Virus record (IMG/VR): IMGVR_UViG_3300042934_000869
Source of the DNA: an uncultured virus (IMG/VR IMGVR_UViG_3300042934_000869)
Lineage: Duplodnaviria > Heunggongvirae > Uroviricota > Caudoviricetes
Length of the DNA stretch: 36,102 nt
Strand: one strand, 5' to 3'
Shown here: positions 9,490 to 18,564 of the stretch, one piece after another
Position numbering within the stretch: position 1 is the first letter of the stretch
How the letters are laid out: each line of letters begins with the position of its first letter
Program-made: the position numbers and the translations under genes
Notes under the pieces: generated by a model
The model's input: only the letters and a program-made list of their open reading frames with translations
What the model was told of the DNA's origin: nothing
The model's database searches: none

Positions 9490-9745
9490 TTGGAGTAACC
9501 TCCTTTATACTTCCATTTTCTGTTCTTAACTGTATAAAGTACTCAGTATTAGAAACTTCATCTATTTCTTTCTTTCCTATTCTTGCTATTAGTATTTGTT
9601 CTTTTCCTAAAGATTCTAAAACTAACTTTCTTATTTTATTAGAAGATATTATTAATTTAAAATCATCATCTGAACACAGATATGACCCTTCAAAGAATAC
9701 TTCTGCTGATGTAACCCCTTCTTTTGTAATATAGTAACTAATCAT
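9479..9745 (-). CDS. Hypothetical protein (~88 aa)
   Basis: Track gives a TTG start at 9754; the ATG at 9745 follows an AAGGAG RBS and is preferred. Overlaps both neighbours. Confidence 0.7.
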   Translation of the reverse strand: MISYYITKEGVTSAEVFFEGSYLCSDDDFKLIISSNKIRKLVLESLGKEQILIARIGKKEIDEVSNTEYFIQLRTENGSIKEVTPNDK

Positions 9746-9905
9746 TTGTGTCAACTCCTTTGCTGAATATTCTTGATTCTTCTAGATCGAATTTCTTTAA
9801 TTTGTATAGAGTTATACTGTAATCATTAGTTATTTTTATTTTTTGTACTTCTTCTATGTTGTTGTCACATTTTGGAAGCTTCTTAGCGTTGCCCGATATT
9901 ATCAT
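9738..9905 (-). CDS. Small hypothetical protein (55 aa; absent from the ORF track)
   Basis: AGAGGTG RBS, then MIISGNAKKLPKCDNNIEEVQKIKITNDYSITLYKLKKFDLEESRIFSKGVDTND*. Fills the gap exactly and overlaps both neighbours. Confidence 0.7.
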   Translation of the reverse strand: MIISGNAKKLPKCDNNIEEVQKIKITNDYSITLYKLKKFDLEESRIFSKGVDTND

Positions 9906-11064
9906 TTTCCACACCTCTTTTATTACTATTATATAACTCTTCTAGTTCCTTGTTTGTTATTATACCAACTCTCCATAATTCAGATAGAGAATGTTTTAAC
10001 ACTATATCATGAGTATTCTCTCTTGTATAAAATTGCGTATCTCCTGAATATGTTAGGTCTGCATATCTAACTACATAATTTACTAGATTTTCTTTACTGA
10101 ATGATTTTATAAAATCTACTATGAAATCCCTTACTACGTACATTTGTTCTAAAGTATAATGTGTAATATATTCGAACTTCTTGTAAACGCTATCAGTAAT
10201 CATTTCCATTGGGTCTGATTTTTCATTTAAATCTTTTAAATAATTTCTGCAACTAAATTTTATATTATTAATACTATCTTTATCTAATCCTTCTTCTTTA
10301 TCTATAGAATCTATTATATATTCTACTACAGTCCAAAATTTAGGACTACCATTTGGGAGATAGTATTCTTCTAATATCTTTGCTCTGTACTTCAGAATGT
10401 AATACTCTTGATAGTAATTATTGTTCTTAAAGGATTCACTTGTAAAATAATTACTATCTTTCATAGAGTGGTTTACAAACGGTGGTCTATAATAATACAT
10501 CCTATTTTCCTCTAATAGCTTATAGTATATTTCTAAATATTCTCTAAGTATGTCTAGTGTCTCTTCATACATTATACTCCTTCTTAGACAGTTTAATATA
10601 TTCTTTTTAAGATAATAGATAGATATGTGTAATTCATTAGACTCTGTTTCAGTTTTTAATTCTTTGCATCTGTTATAGCATTGTAGTAAAGATGCATAAG
10701 CTACCTTTTCAGAAGACATTTTTACAATTGACTCTGGATCATCTAGTATCATTAAACTTTCGCATAAACTTCTAACTTCTAGTATATCTTCTAACTTTAC
10801 ATTGGACAGTATATTATTTCCTTTTCCTGAGTATAGGTTGAAGTATCTAACGGTTCTGTAAAAGTTGTTTATTATAGGTTTATTTATTACTGACTGAAGA
10901 TTAACTCTTAAAGCATCTGCTATTCTATTACTTATCCTATTGTTATCATATGAGATACGTATACGTGTATCAACTCTATATTTATAATAACCATATAATG
11001 GATTCATTATATCTAAAGTGTCTAAGAACTCTATATCCTTTAAGATTAATTCGTCTACTGCCAA
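9883..11064 (-). CDS. Hypothetical protein (393 aa), Tyr-rich, probably alpha-helical
   Basis: Long ORF with TTG start and GGAGGT RBS. No motif recognised. Confidence 0.8.
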   Translation of the reverse strand: MAVDELILKDIEFLDTLDIMNPLYGYYKYRVDTRIRISYDNNRISNRIADALRVNLQSVINKPIINNFYRTVRYFNLYSGKGNNILSNVKLEDILEVRSLCESLMILDDPESIVKMSSEKVAYASLLQCYNRCKELKTETESNELHISIYYLKKNILNCLRRSIMYEETLDILREYLEIYYKLLEENRMYYYRPPFVNHSMKDSNYFTSESFKNNNYYQEYYILKYRAKILEEYYLPNGSPKFWTVVEYIIDSIDKEEGLDKDSINNIKFSCRNYLKDLNEKSDPMEMITDSVYKKFEYITHYTLEQMYVVRDFIVDFIKSFSKENLVNYVVRYADLTYSGDTQFYTRENTHDIVLKHSLSELWRVGIITNKELEELYNSNKRGVENDNIGQR

Positions 11065-11103
11065 AATATTACCTCCATTCTTAATTTAATTATGATAAAG
11101 TAG

Positions 11104-12351
11104 TTACTGGAAGTTTGATAGCTTCCTTAAACTAGAATCTTCTCCATTGAGTAATTTTCTTAGTCTTTCACCAAATATAGGTTTTGCTATTGCTCCAGAA
11201 TCTCTTTCGTAATAAATTCTAGAACCCTTTGTTACATTGTTATTTACTATATAGCTTGGGTTATAGCATGTTATTCGTTTCTGTGTTATACCACCATCTA
11301 CTATCATAGGTTCTATTTCTATAACGAAAGAGGCATTTACTGATTGTTGCTCCATCACTATATCTTTTACTATACCTACTTGATATTCGAAAGCCCATTG
11401 TTCAAATTTTAAAGCCATGTTCCTTGTACTGTACTGTCCACTTATTTTACCTACTATCTCTCTACTATTTAATTCTACAACTGCTCCGTCTGAAGGGAAT
11501 CCAGCTTTTTTACATTCATAGAATATATAATCCATTTTCTCTTTTAACCAAATACAGAAGTCATTAAAGTCTTTAGGTACTTCTTCGGCTTTAATTAAAA
11601 TACTTGGTGGAGTTTCAAATCCTAAATCTCTCAATCCTTTGAATGTTCCGGATACAGTATCGCTTAGACCATCTGCATTAAAGGCTAGGTAATGTAGGTA
11701 GTTATAGTAATAATCATCTATTGTAACTCTTAACATCGATAAAGCTGCTGACCTTTCACTAGTAAATTTATCGAATTGATTCTTTGGTATTTCTTTAAAG
11801 TGTTCAGTTTCTGTAACTCCCTCTCCGTATACAACTAATTCATTTTTTCCTGAATTTATTTTTAATGGAATGATTTTAGACATATTAGAAGTTACATCGA
11901 AAGCTTCTCCATCTCTACCTCTAGTCATAGATATTGAAAATTCATCTGCTACATAACCCAATCTTAGATTTACTCCATTTATTTTAGCTGACATAAACTT
12001 ATCTTCCTCTGGAGTTTCCATAAATCTTTTATGTGCTTCATGATAATTTTCTATACTCTCTATAGACATAGATTTATCTTCTCTAAGTATTTCTGAGTAT
12101 TTAGAGCTAGCTCCTAGTTTATAAATGTATGAAGTTAGATTAAATTCTTTTAGTAACTCTATAGGAACATCATCATCATCATAAGACTGATTTACAATGG
12201 GAGTGGCGTTAAACTTATTCATCGTAGTATCTAGAGTCCTGTAAGATTCATCTGAGATTAGAGAGTCACCGCATCTATAAATATGTCTTGCTAATATGTA
12301 TAAATCTACTGCTCTCTTATCTTTTATTAACTTACTAACTATATCTTGCAT
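11104..12351 (-). CDS. NAD-dependent DNA ligase-like protein, minimal (Ia + adenylation + OB domains only)
   Basis: Ia-like YRCGDSLISDESY, motif I SAKING, MTRGRDG..DVTSN, VYGE, SDGAVVELN, MALKF, OB-fold EPMIVDGG..ITCYN. Ends before the zinc finger/HhH/BRCT domains of LigA. Confidence 0.85.
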   Translation of the reverse strand: MQDIVSKLIKDKRAVDLYILARHIYRCGDSLISDESYRTLDTTMNKFNATPIVNQSYDDDDVPIELLKEFNLTSYIYKLGASSKYSEILREDKSMSIESIENYHEAHKRFMETPEEDKFMSAKINGVNLRLGYVADEFSISMTRGRDGEAFDVTSNMSKIIPLKINSGKNELVVYGEGVTETEHFKEIPKNQFDKFTSERSAALSMLRVTIDDYYYNYLHYLAFNADGLSDTVSGTFKGLRDLGFETPPSILIKAEEVPKDFNDFCIWLKEKMDYIFYECKKAGFPSDGAVVELNSREIVGKISGQYSTRNMALKFEQWAFEYQVGIVKDIVMEQQSVNASFVIEIEPMIVDGGITQKRITCYNPSYIVNNNVTKGSRIYYERDSGAIAKPIFGERLRKLLNGEDSSLRKLSNFQ

Positions 12352-12926
12352 AGAACTTTTTCACTCCTTGTCAGTTTATTTAAGTATTGTATAAATTCAT
12401 TAACTTCATTATCTTCTGTATCATATTTACATTTTTCTTTTATATTACATACTATAGGTTCCTGAAATATTCCATTAACAGTATAGTGAATTACTAATGC
12501 TATCTTAGGACTAAAATATATTTCTTTCGACACTATCACTGTATGAATAAATTTTTGACTATACTGATTTATAGCCTCTAAAAAAGCTCCTCTATATAAT
12601 TCTACAAACTGTCTGAACTTAGTCTGTACTTTATCTAAATATTCATCTGACTCATAATACGATTTTAAGCTATCATATGTTTTTAGATTATGAATTACTT
12701 TATCTCGTAAACTTGGTTTATATCCATTTCCTATACATATAAACTCTGAACTTCTATTCATTACAAATATTTCTGATTCATTAAAAAGAAATAGACCTGT
12801 TTTGCAAAGATTTTCATTATCTATGAAAATTATATAATATGCGTTCAAATCTCCATCTATTATCTTTCTTTGTACTACAGACTTAACTCCATAACTCTTT
12901 ATACATGAGTTTATGAAATCTTTCAT
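12339..12926 (-). CDS. Hypothetical protein (195 aa)
   Basis: AGGAGG RBS. Overlaps the ligase start. Confidence 0.75.
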   Translation of the reverse strand: MKDFINSCIKSYGVKSVVQRKIIDGDLNAYYIIFIDNENLCKTGLFLFNESEIFVMNRSSEFICIGNGYKPSLRDKVIHNLKTYDSLKSYYESDEYLDKVQTKFRQFVELYRGAFLEAINQYSQKFIHTVIVSKEIYFSPKIALVIHYTVNGIFQEPIVCNIKEKCKYDTEDNEVNEFIQYLNKLTRSEKVLCKI

Positions 12927-12951
12927 ATTCTCTACCTCCTAAATAAATATA

Positions 12952-12975
12952 GAGAGGCTGTTCAAACAGCCCCTC
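12952..12975 (-). terminator. Probable intrinsic terminator after the DUF3892-like gene
   Basis: Minus strand GAGGGGCTGT-TTGA-ACAGCCTCTC followed by TATATTTATTT. Confidence 0.65.
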
Positions 12976-12994
12976 ATCAATTTTAATCTTCCTA

Positions 12995-13378
12995 CTAGAA
13001 TTTAGGCAACTCTTGTAAATTGTTGCTATCTTTTCCGTCTGGGATTCCTCTTAGATATTCTTCTCCGTACTTAGATTCTCCTACAACATATCCTTGAAGA
13101 ACACCTTCTTCACAAAGTTGAACTGCTCTTCTTTTTGATATAGTAGTACCGTCATCTAATTTGTATAGAGATATTTCTGAACCTTCCATATGCACTGCAA
13201 CCACTTGTTTAGGACTTCCTTGAGACACATACTCTTCAACAGAAACTGTGTCGAAATCTAAAGTCTCATTTCTTCCTTGAATTGATTGAGTTTGTTGCAT
13301 GTTTTGGAAATTTTCATTTCCTTGCATATTTCCTGTTCCTTGAGAATTTTGAATACCTTTGTTTATTTCGTTGTTCAT
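12995..13378 (-). CDS. DUF3892-like protein with a Q/N-rich N-terminal extension
   Basis: C-terminal YKLDDG...EYLRGIPDGKDSNNLQELPKF matches the recalled DUF3892 pattern (YLR..PD....NNL..LP.F). Confidence 0.75.
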   Translation of the reverse strand: MNNEINKGIQNSQGTGNMQGNENFQNMQQTQSIQGRNETLDFDTVSVEEYVSQGSPKQVVAVHMEGSEISLYKLDDGTTISKRRAVQLCEEGVLQGYVVGESKYGEEYLRGIPDGKDSNNLQELPKF

Positions 13379-13426
13379 ATAAACAACCTCCTTAGTAAAA
13401 TAGATTTCCTCTCACCCATTTTAATA

Positions 13427-13520
13427 AGGTTTGTTGTTGTACAATCAGTACATTATAACAACAACCTAGACTAATTAGTCTAGTGGATTATAACCATCTA
13501 GATTATAATTCATTAGATTA
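13427..13520. repeat. Cluster of inverted and direct repeats
   Basis: Imperfect IR 13427-13467, perfect 18-bp palindrome CTAGACTAATTAGTCTAG at 13466-13483, then three GATTA(T)AA-like direct repeats. Confidence 0.7.
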
Positions 13521-13526
13521 ATTTTA

Positions 13527-13745
13527 GCTTGGAGGACTAACCTCCAAGCCTTGAAGTGGTTTAATGTGTGAAAATCGGATAACTAAATATAATATGTGGT
13601 GACCTATTGAACGCTTTGTCAGTGCATCATATTGGGGGACGCACTTGATACTATTTCTACATTAAATTTGTATAAATCTGTTTCAAGAAAAGGAGTCTAT
13701 TGTACTAAACCCTTAACTTTCTATGTTCTAGTTATCCTTAGTACT
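13527..13745 (-). ncRNA. Candidate structured small RNA
   Basis: Starts just after promoter-like motif copy 1 and has no credible ORF. Contains stem AGTGCGTC/GATGCACT with a C-rich loop, a long-range GGATAACTA/TAGTTATCC pairing, and a terminal 9-bp GC hairpin at 13527-13549. Confidence 0.4.
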
Positions 13746-13789
13746 TCACTATATTATAAAAGAGTAAATACAGATTCTAGGGTTGAAAA
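13746..13789 (-). promoter_or_regulatory. Bipartite promoter-like motif, copy 1
   Basis: TTTTCAACCC-N20-TTATAATATAGTGA on the minus strand; same spacing as the copies at 19444 and 30689. Confidence 0.7.
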
Positions 13790-13796
13790 CTTAGAT

Positions 13797-14462
13797 TTAG
13801 TTGAAAGAATTACTATCTTCTATACTATCTTTATTAGAATTTACATAGTATATCTTGTTATAATTCTTCTCTAACTCTACTTTAATTTTCTCAGCAACAC
13901 TATTTATATCTACTGGATTGTTATCTATAAACATGTGTATCATTTCTGGCAAAACCTCTTTATCAGCTATATACATTTTGGTCTTACTGATATTACTTAA
14001 ATCATTTTTCTTTTCTCCAGAAAATACATGTATCCTACCATCTTCTCCTGTACCAATTAGTACAGGTACATAGTGTCCTAGTTTAGGTTTGTAGTGTATC
14101 TCTAAGTCTTCACCTAATAAGGCAGTTCCTATTACCTCTTTGAATGTATATTTTATTCCTTTAGTTTTTATGAACTCAAATACTATACATGCAAATAATC
14201 CTACTCCTATTCTGTATAGTAAATTAAGTGGTGAGAAAAATGCAACTGCACAAAAAATCAACACTATAATTCCTATTTCTAATTTATGATTTCTGGAGAT
14301 TTTGTAAACACCTTTCATCTCTCTATCTATTAGATTCGAAGCTTCAACTGCTGTGTGTTTAACACTTTTTAATATTACTTTTTCATCGTTGTAGAAGATA
14401 TTACTTTTTAATTTCTTAACACTATACTCTATAATCTTAGGTTTCACTTGTTTTAGTTTCAT
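13797..14462 (-). CDS. Hypothetical membrane protein (2 TM helices)
   Basis: Hydrophobic IGIIVLIFCAVAFF and LLYRIGVGLFACIVF segments. Overlaps the upstream gene. Confidence 0.75.
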   Translation of the reverse strand: MKLKQVKPKIIEYSVKKLKSNIFYNDEKVILKSVKHTAVEASNLIDREMKGVYKISRNHKLEIGIIVLIFCAVAFFSPLNLLYRIGVGLFACIVFEFIKTKGIKYTFKEVIGTALLGEDLEIHYKPKLGHYVPVLIGTGEDGRIHVFSGEKKNDLSNISKTKMYIADKEVLPEMIHMFIDNNPVDINSVAEKIKVELEKNYNKIYYVNSNKDSIEDSNSFN

Positions 14463-15105
14463 TTGTGAATTCCTCCTCAGACTCTTCCACTAAATCAAAT
14501 CCATTAATGTTATATCTTTCTCTTATTTTATTATATATAATAGGTATTAGAGAATCCACATTTTGATTGTCAAAGTTAGATAGGTCTATTTTAACTGAGT
14601 TACCTTCTAATTTTACTTCTATCTGATCCTCTGAAGTCTTTATATCTAATACTTCTATTGTTACTCCATCTATGTAGAAACTATCTTTACTTTCCTTACT
14701 AGGTAAGCTTATTTCTAGATTATTATTAGTTCTACTTATTGATACATTATTTGGTAGCAGTGGATTACTACTATCCTTTAGTTTAAATATTATTGTTCCC
14801 TTCGATACTCTTACCGAAGCTTCGCTTACAGATAAGTCTCTCTTTATTTCTGATAAACTACATTTTATAAATTCTGTATCTTGACTATTTTCAAACCCCT
14901 TTTCAATATTATCAAACAAGAATTTATTATTCTCTGCTACTTTTAGCTTACTGCCTTTTGAAAATTCAAAATAGTAGTTATTCCCTTTTTGAACAATATT
15001 AGTTACATTTCTAAATCTTGACTGATACATATACATTGTTATGAAGTGCCAACCTATAGATACAGCTATTATTAGTGACACTGTAATAAGTGCTAATTTT
15101 TTCAT
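14437..15105 (-). CDS. Hypothetical membrane-anchored or secreted protein
   Basis: MKK followed by a hydrophobic N-terminal helix. GAGGAG RBS. Confidence 0.75.
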   Translation of the reverse strand: MKKLALITVSLIIAVSIGWHFITMYMYQSRFRNVTNIVQKGNNYYFEFSKGSKLKVAENNKFLFDNIEKGFENSQDTEFIKCSLSEIKRDLSVSEASVRVSKGTIIFKLKDSSNPLLPNNVSISRTNNNLEISLPSKESKDSFYIDGVTIEVLDIKTSEDQIEVKLEGNSVKIDLSNFDNQNVDSLIPIIYNKIRERYNINGFDLVEESEEEFTNETKTSET

Positions 15106-15131
15106 TTAAACTTTACTCCTCTCTAATACTA

Positions 15132-15193
15132 AAGTATTATAAAACTAACTTCTATGAATTAACTTTATAATACTTGGTGGGATTTCTCCCACC
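15132..15193 (-). terminator. GC hairpin plus adjacent AT-rich inverted repeat
   Basis: GGTGGGA-N4-TCCCACC at 15176-15193, just past the stop at 15201, abutting a 12-bp IR AAGTATTATAAA/TTTATAATACTT at 15132-15175. Confidence 0.55.
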
Positions 15194-15200
15194 TTGTATT

Positions 15201-18200
15201 TTATCTCTGCTTATCTGATTCCATGTCGTCTAATGCAGTATTAGACATATCTATTGTGTATAAAGGAACTTCAAATGTGTTTCTATTGGTTCCTACATTT
15301 GAGGTTACTTGTAAAGTTATATTTACATCTCCTTTATATTCTTTACCTGTAGAATCTTTAGCTACAAAATTAACAGGTAAAAAGTGTTTTAGGTATATAG
15401 GTGTTCCCTCAGGTAAATTTTCTTTTACTATTTTCTGAGAGTAATAATTTGTCCCTGTTAAAGTATCTAGGTCACCTACTATTTTTCTGTCAACGTAGAT
15501 AGTTAGTGGTTGTCCAGAACTTCCTGTAGTTTTGTATACTAACTCAACAGAGTCTACATTATTAGAGCCTTCTTTTGTTATATTATAGTTTATTGCATAT
15601 CCTTGAGATATTGATCTACCATCGAATTTATATGCTTTTCCTAATGGGAATTTTGAAGCATCGACTCCATCTCCTTTTCCTGTTAGTCCATATCTAAATG
15701 GGTACACTGCCTTTTGCCACTTAACATCTTTTACTGCGGTAACTTCTATACTGGAAGGTGTTAGTAAGGCTGGCATTGTATGATAAATCCATCTAGTACC
15801 TGTTCCACTAGGATTGTCATTATAGTCGTACATTGTAACTTTTATACAATACCATCCGGTAGGATAGTTACTAAAGTCATGTTCTAATCCTGATAATCTC
15901 TTATCTATCAAAGGTGTTCCATTTGGTTGTACATTATTACCACTTACTGACCATATTTGCATCCTATTATCTTTGTATCCTGAGGCAAAAGTGGTTCCTG
16001 AAGTTTCTGCTACTGTAAGAGGGTCTCCTGTAAATAGAGATGACTGTATGTTAAAAGTGTATGGTAATATTATGTCCTCTAGCTTAGTCCAGTTAAATTT
16101 AGCTGATATATTATTTTCTGAGTATGATATGACTGGCGAAGAACTAGTATTAGACTTGTCATCTATATATCCTCTATAATTTAAAGCGGGTGATTGAATT
16201 ACAGAAACTTGTATATCTGGACCAGGAATACTAACTCCTGATGAATTAAATACAAATCTAGATTGTGTTGGTACATCAGTATTAGCAACACTACCATTTG
16301 CGATTACCTCTAATTGCTTTCTATTATTTCTAGTAACTTCATTTGTAACTATACTTGCATATTGTATTGGTATTTTTATGGTACTACTCCAAGATATATT
16401 TCCTACATTATCAGTAATCTTAGCTCTGTAAGATTTTCCTGATGTTACGTTAACAGTATATGTTTTACTTCTTACTGTTGAATTAGTTGTGGATTCTGTA
16501 TGTGACCACACTGGATTAGTTGTACTAGAACCTTCATACAATTCCATTTTACCTATACCAGATAGATTATCTACTGCTGATATATTTATACTGGTTCTTG
16601 TCTTTAGAGATAAAGTTGGTGGAGAAGCAGAACCATCTACACACAGTTTCTCTCCATCTTTTTCTCCAGCAGAACCTCCTGTATAATAAGTTGTTCCTAT
16701 AATAGTGTAAGCTTGACCCCATACATTAAATACTTTTCCTTCTGCAGAATTCGTTGCTTTTGTGTATATTATTGTTGTGCTTCTTTGTATATTAGGTGCT
16801 GGTGATGTGCTAACTATACTACAACCACTTCCTAAATAGAAGTCATTTCCAGATACTCTACTTACAGAACCTCCAAGAACTGATTTAAATTCATTCTCTA
16901 CTCCTGACGTTTCTAGAGTAGTATTTAACACAGAAGGTGAAGGAGCTCCTATTTTGCTATTTGCATATGTAACCAATCTAAACTGATCTGTAGTATTTAC
17001 CCATCTAAAGTTTGTATTTGGTTCAGCATAATGCCAGTTCTGCAGATCTGTGACTGCTTGGTCTGGTGTTGGGTCTATAGTGTCAAAATCAACACTTCCA
17101 ATATAGCAATCATTTCCTACATTATCTGACGCATATATATCTGCTGTGTATGTACCAAACTGATTATACATATAGCCAGAATTAACTGCTACATTTAATT
17201 TAAAACTTCCATCCCATTGCTCAGTCATTTGCTGACCGTAAGCTAGGAATGTTGAAGTACCTTTTTTCTTTATATCTGCTCTAACTGTATTTTTATTTAC
17301 ACCAGATACTGCTCCATCAGCTTGTATAGCTGGTTGGTAGTTTCTTCTATCTGCTAGGTTAGTTACTTTTACTACTTTATTATTGGCTGTCGAACCAGAA
17401 TCTAGAGATACTGTTCCTGCAGGACCTAACCCATCTATTCTTATTCTTCTATTTGCTGCAACTCCCCAAGTATTATCAGGAACTGCCCATACATAATAAT
17501 TATTGATTGCATTACCATAATACAACATATCTCTATCATCTACTACGTTGAAAGTCATTTGAAATCTTCTCAAACTACTACTATTTCCATTATCATCATG
17601 CATACGCAGTGATACGTTTCTATATGCTCCATCTGTAGCATCCATTCCTGCTGTAGCGTTCCAAGGTGAATTTAACTTTACGTAATATCTCATATCTCTT
17701 CCGCCATTTGCAGCATTATATAACATAAAGTACACATGCATTAAATTTGAATTATATGACTCTGATACATTATCTAACTGTATAGTAGCTCCTCTTTTAT
17801 ACCACCTATCAGTAGAACCTGCATATGGTATGTAAGGATTAACTGCTCCATTAAATTGATACCAATTATTACTTCCATCGAAATAATCGAACATTCCAGG
17901 ATCAGAACGTGCTGTTGGTTTTTGGTTACCCCATACTGTTAGAGGTATGTTATAATAGGTTTCCATTTCAACCCAATACCCAAATGCATTTTTTATTATT
18001 GCTTCTGCATCTGATTCATTGTATGCAACTGATCCCCAGGCATGTGCTCCATTTTCATGTATATCACCATCTTGATTTCTATACCCATTTGAGTAGGTAG
18101 TAGTGGTAACAATAAAGTTAAACTGAAAGTTTAAGTTATAATTTCTATCTCCTATTTCATCAGCTGCATCTGGTATTTTTGATATTAGATTAGATAGACT

Positions 18201-18542
18201 TGTTCTAAAGGCTGTATAACTGTATGTTCCGTCTACATAATCTGGTAATCTATCAAATCCATTATAGCCTAATTTGGCCATATAATTTGAACTCCACTGT
18301 CCATCTTTCTTTCTGACTTTTGCTTGTATACCAATACTTCTATATGTTCTACTTGCTCCACTATCTGCTTTTACTCCCCTGGCTGCATAATATATCCAAC
18401 CATCTTGGTATATTATTCTACTTCCTCCTGCTGCATCATACACTTCTTTTGCATTATTGTATGCAAATGCTTTATGAGAAAATGACAGTACTCCAAGTAC
18501 TGTCATAAAAAATACTATTGTTATAAATCTTTTTATATTCAC
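15201..18542 (-). CDS. Large secreted beta-rich (Ig-like repeat) protein, putative adhesin or pilus-associated protein
   Basis: Sec signal peptide ending AFA. S/T/G/N/Y-rich. Recurrent ASDNVGN / AVDNLSG / ITDNVGN turn motifs typical of bacterial Ig-like domains. Confidence 0.7.
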   Translation of the reverse strand: MNIKRFITIVFFMTVLGVLSFSHKAFAYNNAKEVYDAAGGSRIIYQDGWIYYAARGVKADSGASRTYRSIGIQAKVRKKDGQWSSNYMAKLGYNGFDRLPDYVDGTYSYTAFRTSLSNLISKIPDAADEIGDRNYNLNFQFNFIVTTTTYSNGYRNQDGDIHENGAHAWGSVAYNESDAEAIIKNAFGYWVEMETYYNIPLTVWGNQKPTARSDPGMFDYFDGSNNWYQFNGAVNPYIPYAGSTDRWYKRGATIQLDNVSESYNSNLMHVYFMLYNAANGGRDMRYYVKLNSPWNATAGMDATDGAYRNVSLRMHDDNGNSSSLRRFQMTFNVVDDRDMLYYGNAINNYYVWAVPDNTWGVAANRRIRIDGLGPAGTVSLDSGSTANNKVVKVTNLADRRNYQPAIQADGAVSGVNKNTVRADIKKKGTSTFLAYGQQMTEQWDGSFKLNVAVNSGYMYNQFGTYTADIYASDNVGNDCYIGSVDFDTIDPTPDQAVTDLQNWHYAEPNTNFRWVNTTDQFRLVTYANSKIGAPSPSVLNTTLETSGVENEFKSVLGGSVSRVSGNDFYLGSGCSIVSTSPAPNIQRSTTIIYTKATNSAEGKVFNVWGQAYTIIGTTYYTGGSAGEKDGEKLCVDGSASPPTLSLKTRTSINISAVDNLSGIGKMELYEGSSTTNPVWSHTESTTNSTVRSKTYTVNVTSGKSYRAKITDNVGNISWSSTIKIPIQYASIVTNEVTRNNRKQLEVIANGSVANTDVPTQSRFVFNSSGVSIPGPDIQVSVIQSPALNYRGYIDDKSNTSSSPVISYSENNISAKFNWTKLEDIILPYTFNIQSSLFTGDPLTVAETSGTTFASGYKDNRMQIWSVSGNNVQPNGTPLIDKRLSGLEHDFSNYPTGWYCIKVTMYDYNDNPSGTGTRWIYHTMPALLTPSSIEVTAVKDVKWQKAVYPFRYGLTGKGDGVDASKFPLGKAYKFDGRSISQGYAINYNITKEGSNNVDSVELVYKTTGSSGQPLTIYVDRKIVGDLDTLTGTNYYSQKIVKENLPEGTPIYLKHFLPVNFVAKDSTGKEYKGDVNITLQVTSNVGTNRNTFEVPLYTIDMSNTALDDMESDKQR

Positions 18543-18564
18543 TAAACCCTCCCCTTTTCAGTTA

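Noticed and set aside
13379..13796. CRISPR array or tRNA in the long intergenic region
   Set aside because: The repeats are short and irregular with no spacer periodicity; no cloverleaf or T-loop consensus found.
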